Positions 47,365-57,129 of a stretch of DNA of 64,000 nt are shown piece by piece. The DNA comes from Candidatus Parcubacteria bacterium (GTDB taxonomy: Bacteria; Patescibacteriota; Minisyncoccia; Phycocordibacterales; CAIJYI01): the NCBI GenBank assembly GCA_026395595.1, contig JAPLYL010000005.1:76853-140852 (forward strand), in the 5' to 3' direction. The notes beneath the pieces are model-generated. The model was not told the origin of the DNA. It made no database searches and worked only from the letters and a program-made list of their open reading frames with translations. How positions within the stretch are numbered: position 1 is the first letter of the stretch; each line of letters begins with the position of its first letter. The translations under genes were made by a program, and so were the position numbers.

Positions 47365-49368
47365 TTATTTTGCTTTTTCAATTATCCTCACCGCCCCGTT
47401 ATCCGCATCCACTTCCACAAGGTCGCCATCATGGAGAACTTGCGTGGCAATTTTGGTGCCGATGATGCAAGGCTTTTTCATTTCGCGAGCGACGATTGAA
47501 GCGTGGCAAGTCACTCCGCCTTCATCGGTCACGAACGCTGCCGCTTTCTGCATTGCTGGTAAAAAGTTCGGTGTAGTCATCGGTGACACAAGTATGTCTC
47601 CTTCCGCGATACGATTCATATCACTTTGTTTTTTCACTATGCGTGCAATTCCGCATACATTTCCTTTGTAGGCAATCTGCCCAGACACTTCGTTCAATCC
47701 TGCCTCTATTTCCATCTGTTCAAAATAATAGTTTGGGTGAAGAGCAACATACTCTTTGATGCTTCCCAAGCAAGCTTCTTTTCCGTCAATTATAAGAAAA
47801 GCCTGCGTACGCTTACGAAGCAGTTCCTCATTGGGAATTGAATTAAATTCTTCGGGCAATACCGCTCCCGCCAATTCTTCGGACACGTTCGCAAAGTGAG
47901 CAATATTTTTTCTGGCAAAAAGATCATTTTCTGCAAAAAAATCTCCTTCGTTTCTTACTCGAACGGAAATTTCTTTCCCTTCTTCCGGACTTCTTTCGTC
48001 TATTCCGGTATAGAAAAAGATTGTTTCAACAAAAGCCAACTGATAGACCAGATCAATATATGAAGTGCGGTCTTCTACGGAAATAAGATATTCTTTTTTA
48101 TGAAGTTCTTTCAGTTTTTTCGACAATTCTTTAAACTCACCATATAGTGTGTTTAAAAATTCCAGGCCCTTTTTGTTTTCTTCAAGAAGCCGATTCAAAA
48201 ACCATTCAATCGCTTTTTTATGCTCCCAAATCTCAACCACTCCGTCGTTTACAAAATGAGCAACAAAGGGAATGTGCGGATTCTTCCACCCGAACTTCGC
48301 GAGGGCCTGTTCGTTCAATCCTTTCGCCCAAAGTCCTTGTACAAAAAGAGAAGTGTCGCGAGAATAAGCTTTTACAAATTCAATCTTTTCATTTATATGA
48401 TGAGACTCATCAAACGAAAGTGTCAGAGTTGTAATCGGTCGGCTCTGTGTGATAAAAAATCTACCGCCCTCATATGCCCATTCAACATCGCACGGGAATC
48501 CGTAGTGTTTTTCTATTTTCAATACCAGCTCAGAGAGTTCAAGAATCTGCATTTCTGTTAGCGCTTGTTCTTTTCCTTTTTCCCCAAGGTCTTTCCATTC
48601 ATTTGCCTGCCCTGAACTTGCCGAATAAGCACGATAAAGCGCTTTTGATTGTTCGCTAATATTGATATCAATGATTCTCCTCGGTTCCTTTTCCACCACA
48701 TAACTATCGGGAGTAATCTGTCCGGAAACAATGGCCTCCCCCAAACCGAAGCCAGCTTCAATGATAAGCTGATTTCGGTCTTCCGTTACCGGGTGCACGG
48801 AAAAAGCGATACCCGAGATTTCGCTTTCCACCATTTTTTGCACCACTACCGCAACGGATATCTTTTGAGAGTGAAGACCTTGTTCAAAACGATAGAAGAT
48901 TGCACGCGGGGTAAAAAGAGAGGCCCAACACCTCTGTACGTTTGAAAGCAGAGTTTCCTCATCGGTATTGAGAAAACTGTCCAACTGTCCCGCCCATGCG
49001 GCACTACTGCTGTCTTCCGCAGTAGCAGAGGAACGAACCGCAACGAATTCAATACCGAGTTTCTGAAATTCATTTGATATTTCTTGCGCGATATCTTCCG
49101 GCATTTTTGCGCCGAGAATAAGCTGCTGAATTTTTTCAGAAGCGTGCTCTACCGTGTGCATTTCCTGATGATTAACAGTATGCAGAATGGAATCAATTTC
49201 CACATCAAGATCGGTTTCTTTGAGAAATTGGTCAAACGATTCCGCAAGAATAACAAAACCGGAAGGAACTGGAACTCCTGATTGTGCCATCTCTCCAAGG
49301 GAGGCGCCTTTGCCTCCGGCGATAGAGGAATCGTTTTTTGATATTTTTTCAAAAGGTTTTGTGTACAT
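47365..49368 (-). CDS. PEP-synthase-like enzyme: PPDK N-terminal ATP-grasp domain plus PEP-utilising mobile His domain, no C-terminal PEP/pyruvate TIM barrel
   Basis: N-terminal GGKGASLGEM...VPVPSGFV. C-terminal GGVTCHASIVAREMKKPCIIG phosphohistidine domain. The protein ends about 100 aa after it. Confidence 0.7.
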   Translation of the reverse strand: MYTKPFEKISKNDSSIAGGKGASLGEMAQSGVPVPSGFVILAESFDQFLKETDLDVEIDSILHTVNHQEMHTVEHASEKIQQLILGAKMPEDIAQEISNEFQKLGIEFVAVRSSATAEDSSSAAWAGQLDSFLNTDEETLLSNVQRCWASLFTPRAIFYRFEQGLHSQKISVAVVVQKMVESEISGIAFSVHPVTEDRNQLIIEAGFGLGEAIVSGQITPDSYVVEKEPRRIIDINISEQSKALYRAYSASSGQANEWKDLGEKGKEQALTEMQILELSELVLKIEKHYGFPCDVEWAYEGGRFFITQSRPITTLTLSFDESHHINEKIEFVKAYSRDTSLFVQGLWAKGLNEQALAKFGWKNPHIPFVAHFVNDGVVEIWEHKKAIEWFLNRLLEENKKGLEFLNTLYGEFKELSKKLKELHKKEYLISVEDRTSYIDLVYQLAFVETIFFYTGIDERSPEEGKEISVRVRNEGDFFAENDLFARKNIAHFANVSEELAGAVLPEEFNSIPNEELLRKRTQAFLIIDGKEACLGSIKEYVALHPNYYFEQMEIEAGLNEVSGQIAYKGNVCGIARIVKKQSDMNRIAEGDILVSPMTTPNFLPAMQKAAAFVTDEGGVTCHASIVAREMKKPCIIGTKIATQVLHDGDLVEVDADNGAVRIIEKAK

Positions 49369-49372
49369 GTTT

Positions 49373-50797
49373 TTATTGTATCAAATTTCCCGCTATCTGA
49401 TAAATATCTCCCGCACCCATGATAACCACGGCATGATAGTACGGAAGCATTTTGCGCACTATTTTTTCCGTTTCTTTAAGGGATGTTCCATAAGCGATGT
49501 TGGTATCACGAAGCTTCAATATCTCACTCACTAGTTCTAACGAGTTCACTTTTTTTGCCGTCTCATTTCTGCCCGCAACTTCATAAATTTCAGAAAGAAC
49601 GAGATCATCCGCCGTTTTCAAAACCTCGGCAAATTCTTTCAACAGCTTAGATGTTCGGTCTTTTTGATGCGGTTGAAAAACAAACAGTATTTTTTTGTTC
49701 GGATATAATTCTTTTGCCGCTTGTATGGTCGCGCCAACGCCGGCGGGGTGATGGGCATAATCGGAAATGATAATCGTTTTCCCTAATTTTCCGACCTGTT
49801 CAAATCTTCGCCATGTTCCATGAAATTGCGCCAGCGCTTTTTTCGCGCTCGCAGATTTAGCGCCAAGGGTCAGCGCGCAAGCCAGCGCTTCAAGAGCGTT
49901 CATCACATTAAAAATTCCCGGAACTCCAATCTTAAAATCTCCCAAATCTTCACCTTTCCACCAAACCTGAAACACCTGATTTCCTTTTTCATAACGGATG
50001 TTCGCGGCAAAAGCATCAACGTTCTTTTTCTTCAGAGAGCAGGAAATTCTTTTTGCTTTGGTGTTCTTGGAAACTTCAGCAACATTTTTATCATCGGCGT
50101 TATAGATCAAAAATCCGTCTTTCGGCAATTTCCCGACATATTCTAAAAATGCATTTTTTATGTCATCAATATCTTTGAAATAATCCAGATGTTCCGCTTC
50201 TATGTTCGTAAGAATAACCGCGTTCGGATCAAGCTTCAAAAAATGCCGACGATATTCGCAAGCCTCCGCCACAAAAAGTCCCTGATCCCCATACACAGGA
50301 CTACCCTGTGTACACAGGGTAGTCCTGTGTATTTTTGGCAATCTCAAATTCGCATCCCAACCGGGAACTTTTCCTCCAACAATGACCATCGGGTCTTTCT
50401 TGTCCGCTTCCAAAATTTTCCCCAGCATGGCGGTCGTACTGGTCTTCCCATTCGTTCCAGAAACGCCGACACCATACTTCCCTTTCATTATTTCTCCCAA
50501 CGCTTCAACATATTCAAACATCGGAATTCCTTTTTCTTTCGCCAAGGAAAATTCAGGATTATCCGCAGGTACAGCAGAAGAATACACCACCGCCTCCATC
50601 TTTGCCGGCAAGTTTTTTGCATCATGTCTGATGAAGACTTTAATCCCCCTTTTCCTCAAGTCTTTTGCTTGATCAAAATCCGCCCGATCCGAGCCTGACA
50701 CCTTTGATCCCTGCGCTAAAAAATAGCGGGCAATCGCAGAAACCCCGATTCCACCCAAACCGATGAAGTGGATATTTTTTACCGTAAGAAACTCCAT
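49373..50797 (-). CDS. murC: UDP-N-acetylmuramate--L-alanine ligase MurC (contains a 14-aa palindrome-encoded insertion)
   Basis: GLGGIGVSAIA Rossmann motif, GTNGKTSTT P-loop, NIEAEHLDYF. The insertion PKIHRTTLCTQGSP is encoded by a 42-bp perfect palindrome. Confidence 0.9.
   Translation of the reverse strand: MEFLTVKNIHFIGLGGIGVSAIARYFLAQGSKVSGSDRADFDQAKDLRKRGIKVFIRHDAKNLPAKMEAVVYSSAVPADNPEFSLAKEKGIPMFEYVEALGEIMKGKYGVGVSGTNGKTSTTAMLGKILEADKKDPMVIVGGKVPGWDANLRLPKIHRTTLCTQGSPVYGDQGLFVAEACEYRRHFLKLDPNAVILTNIEAEHLDYFKDIDDIKNAFLEYVGKLPKDGFLIYNADDKNVAEVSKNTKAKRISCSLKKKNVDAFAANIRYEKGNQVFQVWWKGEDLGDFKIGVPGIFNVMNALEALACALTLGAKSASAKKALAQFHGTWRRFEQVGKLGKTIIISDYAHHPAGVGATIQAAKELYPNKKILFVFQPHQKDRTSKLLKEFAEVLKTADDLVLSEIYEVAGRNETAKKVNSLELVSEILKLRDTNIAYGTSLKETEKIVRKMLPYYHAVVIMGAGDIYQIAGNLIQ
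50291..50332. repeat. 42-bp perfect palindrome ATACACAGGACTACCCTGTGT|ACACAGGGTAGTCCTGTGTAT inside murC
   Basis: The reverse complement of the left 21-mer equals the right 21-mer exactly. In-frame. Encodes the same peptide on both strands. Confidence 0.9.
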
Positions 50798-50861
50798 AGT
50801 CTCTCTATCATATCCTTTTTTGGGCGTTTTTCAATAAAGATATATGTGATACAATTTACAA

Positions 50862-52034
50862 ATGGAAACACAACCTACTGCAGAGAAAAAACCGGACTTT
50901 CTTAAAATGTATGAGATTCCCGGCCAAGAAAAAATATCGGAACATTCTTTTGAGCGTTATCTAAAAGACAAAGAGGACTTTCCCAAAGATACGGAGAAAA
51001 TTTCAAAGGAAGTTCCTTTGCTGTATCAAAAACACACCACGAAGTCTTCCTTAGAGAAAGAAGCCTCTCGTGAAAAAACAAAAGACCTTCATGTAGATGA
51101 AATTCCCGACTTCGTAAAAAAAGGTTTGTCGGAAGACGACCCTGAAATGCAGAAAACGGCGATTGAAACCATCGGCGGCGCTCGCAGTAAAATAAGATCA
51201 GCGCTTCTTCAGGAGGCATTTGAGATACGAAACGAGGAAATTCAATTGGCTTGCGTGAAAGCAATAAGCAATATACCAGAAGAGGAGAGGGTCGGTTTTA
51301 TACGAATCGGGCTTTCAAAAGAAAGTTTTCCAGTCAAAAAAGCCTCTGTTAAGATGATTCAGTACTCACCCAAGGAACTCCGTTCAAAACTTATAAAACA
51401 AGGGCTCTTAGGAGAAGATCTTGAACTGCGAAAAGAATACGCCAAAGCAATCCACTCGGCTCCAACGGAAAAAGAAAGGAAAGAATTATTGGATCTGGCA
51501 AAAAAGAAACTCGGAAATGCCCTCATAGAACCGCCTCTTTACGACAATGCAGAAATTTCTTCCGATCGTTTTTCAAGAGAAGAATTTGCAAAAACAGGCT
51601 CCGGAACAACTCTCATCGGAGGAGAGCTGAAAGATAAAGTTATATTTCGACACATTACCCCTGAGGCATTTCTTTCATGGCAAGAAGCCTACGAAAATCA
51701 TGAAGTATGGAAACGCGCGGGTTTTAATTATGTCCCTATTGAACCGATATTTTCCTTTCACCAAAACAAAAACGGGTTGATTGATGTCGCCAGCGGAGTG
51801 CTGGACATTTCTTTCAAAGACTGGAAAAAAATGTCAGGAGACTTTTCAGAGGAACTGGAAAAAGAAGAAATAAAAATAAGAACGGTATTGAATGAATCGG
51901 GAATAATCCACGGACACCCGCATCGAGGAAATTTCTGTCTTCGTTTTTTCCGAAAGGAAAATGGCGATGCAGACTTCTCTAAAAAACCGCGCATCTACCT
52001 GATTGATTTTGACCGCGCCATATCCCCGGAATAA
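50862..52034 (+). CDS. hypothetical protein: helical-repeat N-region plus C-terminal protein-kinase-like (RIO/Kdo-kinase-like) fold
   Basis: The C-terminus has catalytic-loop-like IIHGHPHRGNFCL and DFG-like YLIDFDRA spaced as in eukaryotic-like and atypical kinases. No glycine-rich loop recognised. Confidence 0.4.
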   Translation: METQPTAEKKPDFLKMYEIPGQEKISEHSFERYLKDKEDFPKDTEKISKEVPLLYQKHTTKSSLEKEASREKTKDLHVDEIPDFVKKGLSEDDPEMQKTAIETIGGARSKIRSALLQEAFEIRNEEIQLACVKAISNIPEEERVGFIRIGLSKESFPVKKASVKMIQYSPKELRSKLIKQGLLGEDLELRKEYAKAIHSAPTEKERKELLDLAKKKLGNALIEPPLYDNAEISSDRFSREEFAKTGSGTTLIGGELKDKVIFRHITPEAFLSWQEAYENHEVWKRAGFNYVPIEPIFSFHQNKNGLIDVASGVLDISFKDWKKMSGDFSEELEKEEIKIRTVLNESGIIHGHPHRGNFCLRFFRKENGDADFSKKPRIYLIDFDRAISPE

Positions 52035-52039
52035 AAATA

Positions 52040-52085
52040 AATCCCCGCAAAAGCATTATATGCTTGCGGGGATTTTCTTTTTATT
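52040..52085. terminator. bidirectional terminator
   Basis: Long imperfect hairpin AATCCCCGCAAAAGCAT..ATGCTTGCGGGGATT plus T-run. Confidence 0.6.
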
Positions 52086-52257
52086 GATAATGAAGCGTCA
52101 TGAATATAGCCGCTTGTACAGCAATCAATAAAACAATAAAAAGAGAAAGAGCCGTAATAATAGTCCAGTTGAACTTTCCAAAGACCAAAAAACAGATGAG
52201 TAAAGTAAGAAACAAACTAAGCGCTAAAGAAATTCTATCAAGTATATTTTTCAGCAT
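52081..52257 (-). CDS. small membrane protein
   Basis: Two hydrophobic helices. Weak support. Confidence 0.3.
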   Translation of the reverse strand: MLKNILDRISLALSLFLTLLICFLVFGKFNWTIITALSLFIVLLIAVQAAIFMTLHYQ

Positions 52258-52346
52258 CCGAATCGTCCCTTCACGAAGTTTCATAGAACACCTCCATAAA
52301 ATAGAAAAACCTATTACCAGGGTATCAGAATCCCATTTTTTTTCAA

Positions 52347-53342
52347 CTATTTGAGGTATTTTTGTTTATTTCTCACGTGCTCATCAAAAGTCTTCGCGTA
52401 GTGTATCTTCCCCGTTTTATCGGAAAGATAATACAGATAAGATGTCCTGGCTGGTTCAACCGCAGCAAGAATGGCATCCAGCCCCGGGTTGCAAATCGGG
52501 CCCGGAGGAAGTCCTTTATTGGTATAGGTGTTATAGGGCGAATCAGCTTTCAGATCTTCCGTTGTCAGATTATGGGTGGTCTTTCCATTTACGTAATCAA
52601 ATACGGCATCAACCTGCAGAGGCATGCCAAGTTTTATCCTTTTCCATAAAATTCCCGAAACGATACGGCGGTCAGCGGGGGTTATCGTTTCCCTTTCAAT
52701 AATGGAAGCCATTGTTACGACATCTGAGAGCGGATGTCCGAAAGCTTGTATTTTTTGTTCAACCGGCTTTATTTTTGCATCAAAGTTGCTTTTCATTACA
52801 GAAATCACTTCCTCGGGTTTAACGATGAAAAAAAAGAAATAGGTATCGGGAAAGAGGTATCCTTCTTTTTGCTTTGCCAGTGAAAGAAATTTATTTCCTT
52901 CAAAAGAAGGAACCGTCGACACGAGTGCCTTCTGCACATCTTCGGAATCAAATCCCTCCGGGATAAGTATTTTTACTTTACTGATGCGATACTCGCCGGA
53001 AATAATACGGTTTGCAATTGTGTATAAAGATTCTTTTTCGGAGAGCAGATAAAATCCGGAAATGACAGGACTATCGTTTTTTACCACAGCAATATAAGCA
53101 CGCAGAAAAAACGCGGAACGGATAATTCCCCTATTCTCCAACATAAGCGCCGTTTCAGAAAGAGTGGACCCCTTTGGTATCTCAAACATTTTTTCTTTGG
53201 GTATGGAAGAACCGGGAACAAAAATGAAAAAAGAAGAACAAACGCACGCCAAAAAAAGAACAACGGTCAAGGCCCATCCTAACCGCCGCCGAAATAAATT
53301 CCTCTTTTTTATTTCCTCCAATATGTTTTGAAATTCACTCAT
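52347..53342 (-). CDS. mltG: endolytic murein transglycosylase MltG (YceG-like)
   Basis: N-terminal TM. YceG motifs EGYLFPDTY, ASIIERE, SPYNTY...GLPPGPI. Confidence 0.9.
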   Translation of the reverse strand: MSEFQNILEEIKKRNLFRRRLGWALTVVLFLACVCSSFFIFVPGSSIPKEKMFEIPKGSTLSETALMLENRGIIRSAFFLRAYIAVVKNDSPVISGFYLLSEKESLYTIANRIISGEYRISKVKILIPEGFDSEDVQKALVSTVPSFEGNKFLSLAKQKEGYLFPDTYFFFFIVKPEEVISVMKSNFDAKIKPVEQKIQAFGHPLSDVVTMASIIERETITPADRRIVSGILWKRIKLGMPLQVDAVFDYVNGKTTHNLTTEDLKADSPYNTYTNKGLPPGPICNPGLDAILAAVEPARTSYLYYLSDKTGKIHYAKTFDEHVRNKQKYLK

Positions 53343-53345
53343 CTT

Positions 53346-54539
53346 TTACACAGGCAAGTTTGCCGGCGGTTCGGCTTTATGCGAGCTTAACGTAATAAAT
53401 CCTGGGGTTTCTTCCATTCCTCCCGGGAAGTGATAAATGGTGGCCAACTCTTCCGTATTGAGAATAAACGGTTTCTTTTTAAACGGAAGATAGAAATATC
53501 CGCGCGCCTTATACGCGTTGAACATGTGTTTCTTCTGATCTGAAACTTTATTCCACAAAATCCCTTGCCAAGGATAATCAATGCCCGTCGGGTCTTTCAG
53601 TTTAAATCCGTTTAATACGTCAGAACTATAATGCTTCATCATGCCGATAAGTCCGGGTATATTGAGAGGCGTCCACGAGCCTTTCTCTCCGAGATAGACG
53701 ACTCGGATACCACAGTCAAAACCAAATTTTGAAACTTCGCGCTCAATGGCAGAAATGGCTTCCGAATCGGCTTTGCTCATTTTTTCACCGGCCTTGCTTT
53801 GTATCTTTTTTACTAAATTTTTGGCTTCCGCTTTCCAATCCTGTTTTTCAAAAAACTTGCCGGGTTTTCTGAATCGCTTTCCTGTCGCCCGCACTAATAT
53901 CTGGAACCATATCTGTTCTTTCTTTCCGATGGAACCCATGAATTCCACTGCCGGCGACAAAGGATCGGTTCTGCCTCCCGCTTCTTCTTCTTTTTTGATG
54001 GCCGTATCCAGTTTGTAGTCAACGTATGTTTTTATCGGATAAGCGTCTTCTTTGGTCAATTTGAATTCCGTCGCCCACATCTCCCATTCCGAACCAAAAC
54101 CTTTCGGATCTACCATCTCGGTATAATCTTCCGCTTCGTACAACTCTATCCCCGGAAACTGCGAATATAATTGCGCTTCAATAAAATTCTTAAATTGAAC
54201 GCTTGTTCGTATAAAAAAATGAATATCTCCTCCAACAGAAGCAATCTCCAAAGAGAATGTCGATTTGAGTTTCCCTAACCATGTTTTATCATACCAGTTT
54301 CCTTCCGATGTCTGATGCAAAGCAGAAAGCACCAGCTCTATAGAGAGCGGAGTTTTCATGATATTTTTCGGAAGACGAATTCCGATTAATACCCATTTAA
54401 TTTTTGCCAAGTGTTGCATCTGCACGTATTGCATCCAGAGATTCCAGAAAATAATTCCGAAAAAAACCGGCGCCCAATACGGCGCAAAAGATAACGCAAA
54501 ACCAAGTATGGTAAAGATAAGTTCAAAAGGCCCGAACAT
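53346..54539 (-). CDS. hypothetical membrane protein (2 N-terminal TM helices plus large soluble domain)
   Basis: Start set at MFGPFELIF to avoid overlap with purF. No recognisable motif. Confidence 0.45.
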   Translation of the reverse strand: MFGPFELIFTILGFALSFAPYWAPVFFGIIFWNLWMQYVQMQHLAKIKWVLIGIRLPKNIMKTPLSIELVLSALHQTSEGNWYDKTWLGKLKSTFSLEIASVGGDIHFFIRTSVQFKNFIEAQLYSQFPGIELYEAEDYTEMVDPKGFGSEWEMWATEFKLTKEDAYPIKTYVDYKLDTAIKKEEEAGGRTDPLSPAVEFMGSIGKKEQIWFQILVRATGKRFRKPGKFFEKQDWKAEAKNLVKKIQSKAGEKMSKADSEAISAIEREVSKFGFDCGIRVVYLGEKGSWTPLNIPGLIGMMKHYSSDVLNGFKLKDPTGIDYPWQGILWNKVSDQKKHMFNAYKARGYFYLPFKKKPFILNTEELATIYHFPGGMEETPGFITLSSHKAEPPANLPV

Positions 54540-54625
54540 AGTACTTCTATAATACAACAAAGCAAGCGAAGGATAAAGGTAAAAGTGTTTATAAAAAACC
54601 CGGCTCGTAAAGTGCCGGGTTGATC

Positions 54626-55981
54626 TTAAAGAACGGGATATTTCCCAGTAAAACAAGCGTTGCAAAAATGACTGCATTCGGGAAAATTATTTTCCCCGAC
54701 CGCGCGGTGCAAGCCTTCCAAAGAAATGAAGGCGAGAGAATCGGCATTCAGATATTTTCGTATTTCCTCAATGTCCATTTTTGAAGCCAAAAGTTCTTCA
54801 TCGGAGGGCGTATCAATCCCGTAGATGCAATGATGACTGAACGGAGGACTTGCGATACGAAGATGAACTTCTGTAGCGCCGGCTTCCCTTGCCATTTCTA
54901 CGAGCAGACGAAATGTCGTCCCTCTCACAATGGAGTCATCAACAAAAACAACTCTTTTCCCCGAAAGTATCCCCGGATCCGGACAGTACTTCCGACGAGC
55001 TCCGTCTTCGCGAAGAGCTTCGGAGGGCTGTATAAAGGTACGGGCATTATAACTCCGTTTTCTGATAAGACCGCGCTTCAAACGAAGTCCGGAAACTTTA
55101 GCAAACCCTTCTGCTGATGCGACTCCTGACTCGGGAACAGGCGAAACAAAATCAGCCTCAACCGGCGCTTCTTTGGCAAGAATTTTTCCGATGCGATAAC
55201 GGGAAGAAGAAACGAGCAGGTCATCAATTAAACTGTCGGGACGCGCAAAATATATTTGTTCAAAAATACAGTTTGCATGCTTTTCTTTTTTAAAAGGAAA
55301 AGAACTTTCAAGAGAATGAGGAGTAACAACCACCATTTCTCCCGGTTCTATTTCGCGAACAAATTCCGCACCTATTTCATTCCACACACACGTTTCCGAA
55401 GCAAGGAGATAACATCCGTCTTTTTTTGCCAAAGAGAGCGGGCGAAACCCCCGAGGGTCACGAACACCGATAAGCGTTCCGCCTTCAGTAAGAACAACCA
55501 GAGAAAACGAACCCTTCACTTTTTGAAGTGAATCAGCCAAACATTCCCGAAGTGTTTCTTTTTTACTCTGCGATAACAAATGTAAAAATACTTCCGTATC
55601 ACTCGTGGATTGATAAATACTTCCACTCTGCAAATGAAAATCGCGTATTTCTTCCGTGTTTATCAAATTTCCGTTATGGGCGATTCCTATACCACCGAAA
55701 CGAGTTTCCCCAAAAAATGGCTGAGCATTCCGAAGATTGTTCCCTCCGGACGTTCCATAGCGAACATGTCCAATGGCAACCGGTCCTTTAACTCTTGAGA
55801 GCGTTTCGGCTTCAGAACCCACAAAACCGCGAGCGCGATGAGAGTGAAATCTTTCACCATCTTTTCCTTCATACGACAAAACACCCCATGATTCTTGCCC
55901 ACGGTGTTGCAGGGAGGTAAGCCCCGGTATCACCAACTCTACGGCATTTTTTACGCCAAACGCACCAATAATTCCACACAT
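54626..55981 (-). CDS. purF: amidophosphoribosyltransferase
   Basis: N-terminal MCGI (Ntn Cys1). PRTase motif VVFVDDSIVRGTT. C-terminal Cys cluster. Confidence 0.9.
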   Translation of the reverse strand: MCGIIGAFGVKNAVELVIPGLTSLQHRGQESWGVLSYEGKDGERFHSHRARGFVGSEAETLSRVKGPVAIGHVRYGTSGGNNLRNAQPFFGETRFGGIGIAHNGNLINTEEIRDFHLQSGSIYQSTSDTEVFLHLLSQSKKETLRECLADSLQKVKGSFSLVVLTEGGTLIGVRDPRGFRPLSLAKKDGCYLLASETCVWNEIGAEFVREIEPGEMVVVTPHSLESSFPFKKEKHANCIFEQIYFARPDSLIDDLLVSSSRYRIGKILAKEAPVEADFVSPVPESGVASAEGFAKVSGLRLKRGLIRKRSYNARTFIQPSEALREDGARRKYCPDPGILSGKRVVFVDDSIVRGTTFRLLVEMAREAGATEVHLRIASPPFSHHCIYGIDTPSDEELLASKMDIEEIRKYLNADSLAFISLEGLHRAVGENNFPECSHFCNACFTGKYPVL

Positions 55982-56100
55982 AGTTTACCTCTTTTTTAAA
56001 TAACAAAACTGTTTTTCAATATAACACAAATAACACAAACAAAAAAACCGAACCTTTCAGTACAGTCTTTTTGCTTTTTGCTTTTTTCTTTATTCTTAAT

Positions 56101-57129
56101 TTACGCTATGTGATATTTTCCGTCTTTGTCTTTTTTGAAGTATCTTGCGTTCTGAAGATTGACCAAAATGGTATTTTCTTTGACGTATCTTTCTTTCATG
56201 ACTTTTTCCACTATTTCTTGTTTTGTGAGAGGGCCGTTCTTTTCAAGAACATGACGAATGACATCTTTGACGACACCTCCGGTGTAACCCCATTCAGAGA
56301 GAACATAGAGTCCGCGTCCGACGAGCACAAAGCGATCATCTTTGATGAGTTCATTGTGGCAGGTGGCTACATGAGCTTTCTTTCCGAATGTTTCGGATAT
56401 CTTCTTTGCCACCTCAGTGAAGTGCATAGGAGAACCGTGTCGGCGGATGACCAAGAAAGAATAATCCCTGATACCTCTCGCACTGATGTTCGGAGAAGAA
56501 GCAACTCCCCAATCGCCAAGAGTATTTTTCCCGAGAACTTTGGAAATACCAAGCCATCTCTTCGCCGTCGCTTCATTTTTTTGTTTCGCGTCAACTTTTA
56601 CACGATCCATGAATTTTTCAAGAATTTCTTTTTCCGGGATCAAATCATTCTCTGAAACATCTCCGTGGAGATAATGAAGAGCAGAATGAACTTCGTCTGC
56701 AATATCGCTGTTCACCGACCAACGGTGTTTGAAGTTGTTATCCTCTTTGTGTTTGGTGAATTCGTCGGACAAAACCAAGTATAAAGTAATATGATTTTGA
56801 ACGACTTTGTCGTTAGAAAGATATTCAAGAAAATCTTCCTCGCTCATGATTCCTCCGAGAGTTTCAAGAGTTTTTCTGAGTTCTTCAAATACGGAAGCTG
56901 ATTTTGTGAACGCGTCAGACTTCTTCAAAGAAGCGATGGCGAAGTTCTCAATCTGGCGAACGCGCTCTCTTGTAATGCCATAGGTATTACCGATAGCTTC
57001 AAGCGTCTTTCTTTCCGGTATTTCGTCCAAACCAAAACGGCCGATGATAACATCGCGCGCTCGCGGAGGTATGGTGGCAAGCAAGCTCTTCGTTACCTGT
57101 TTTGGTCTAAATGTAATAACTGATGACAT
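56101..57129 (-). CDS. sigma-70 region-4-like HTH domain protein with large C-terminal domain of unknown function
   Basis: GITRERVRQIENFAIASLKK matches the sigma70 r4.2 HTH. The remainder has no recognisable motif. Confidence 0.5.
   Translation of the reverse strand: MSSVITFRPKQVTKSLLATIPPRARDVIIGRFGLDEIPERKTLEAIGNTYGITRERVRQIENFAIASLKKSDAFTKSASVFEELRKTLETLGGIMSEEDFLEYLSNDKVVQNHITLYLVLSDEFTKHKEDNNFKHRWSVNSDIADEVHSALHYLHGDVSENDLIPEKEILEKFMDRVKVDAKQKNEATAKRWLGISKVLGKNTLGDWGVASSPNISARGIRDYSFLVIRRHGSPMHFTEVAKKISETFGKKAHVATCHNELIKDDRFVLVGRGLYVLSEWGYTGGVVKDVIRHVLEKNGPLTKQEIVEKVMKERYVKENTILVNLQNARYFKKDKDGKYHIA

Noticed and set aside
56071-56655. 194-aa plus-strand ORF opposite the sigma-r4-domain gene
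   Set aside because: Antisense shadow of a better-supported minus-strand CDS with an HTH motif.
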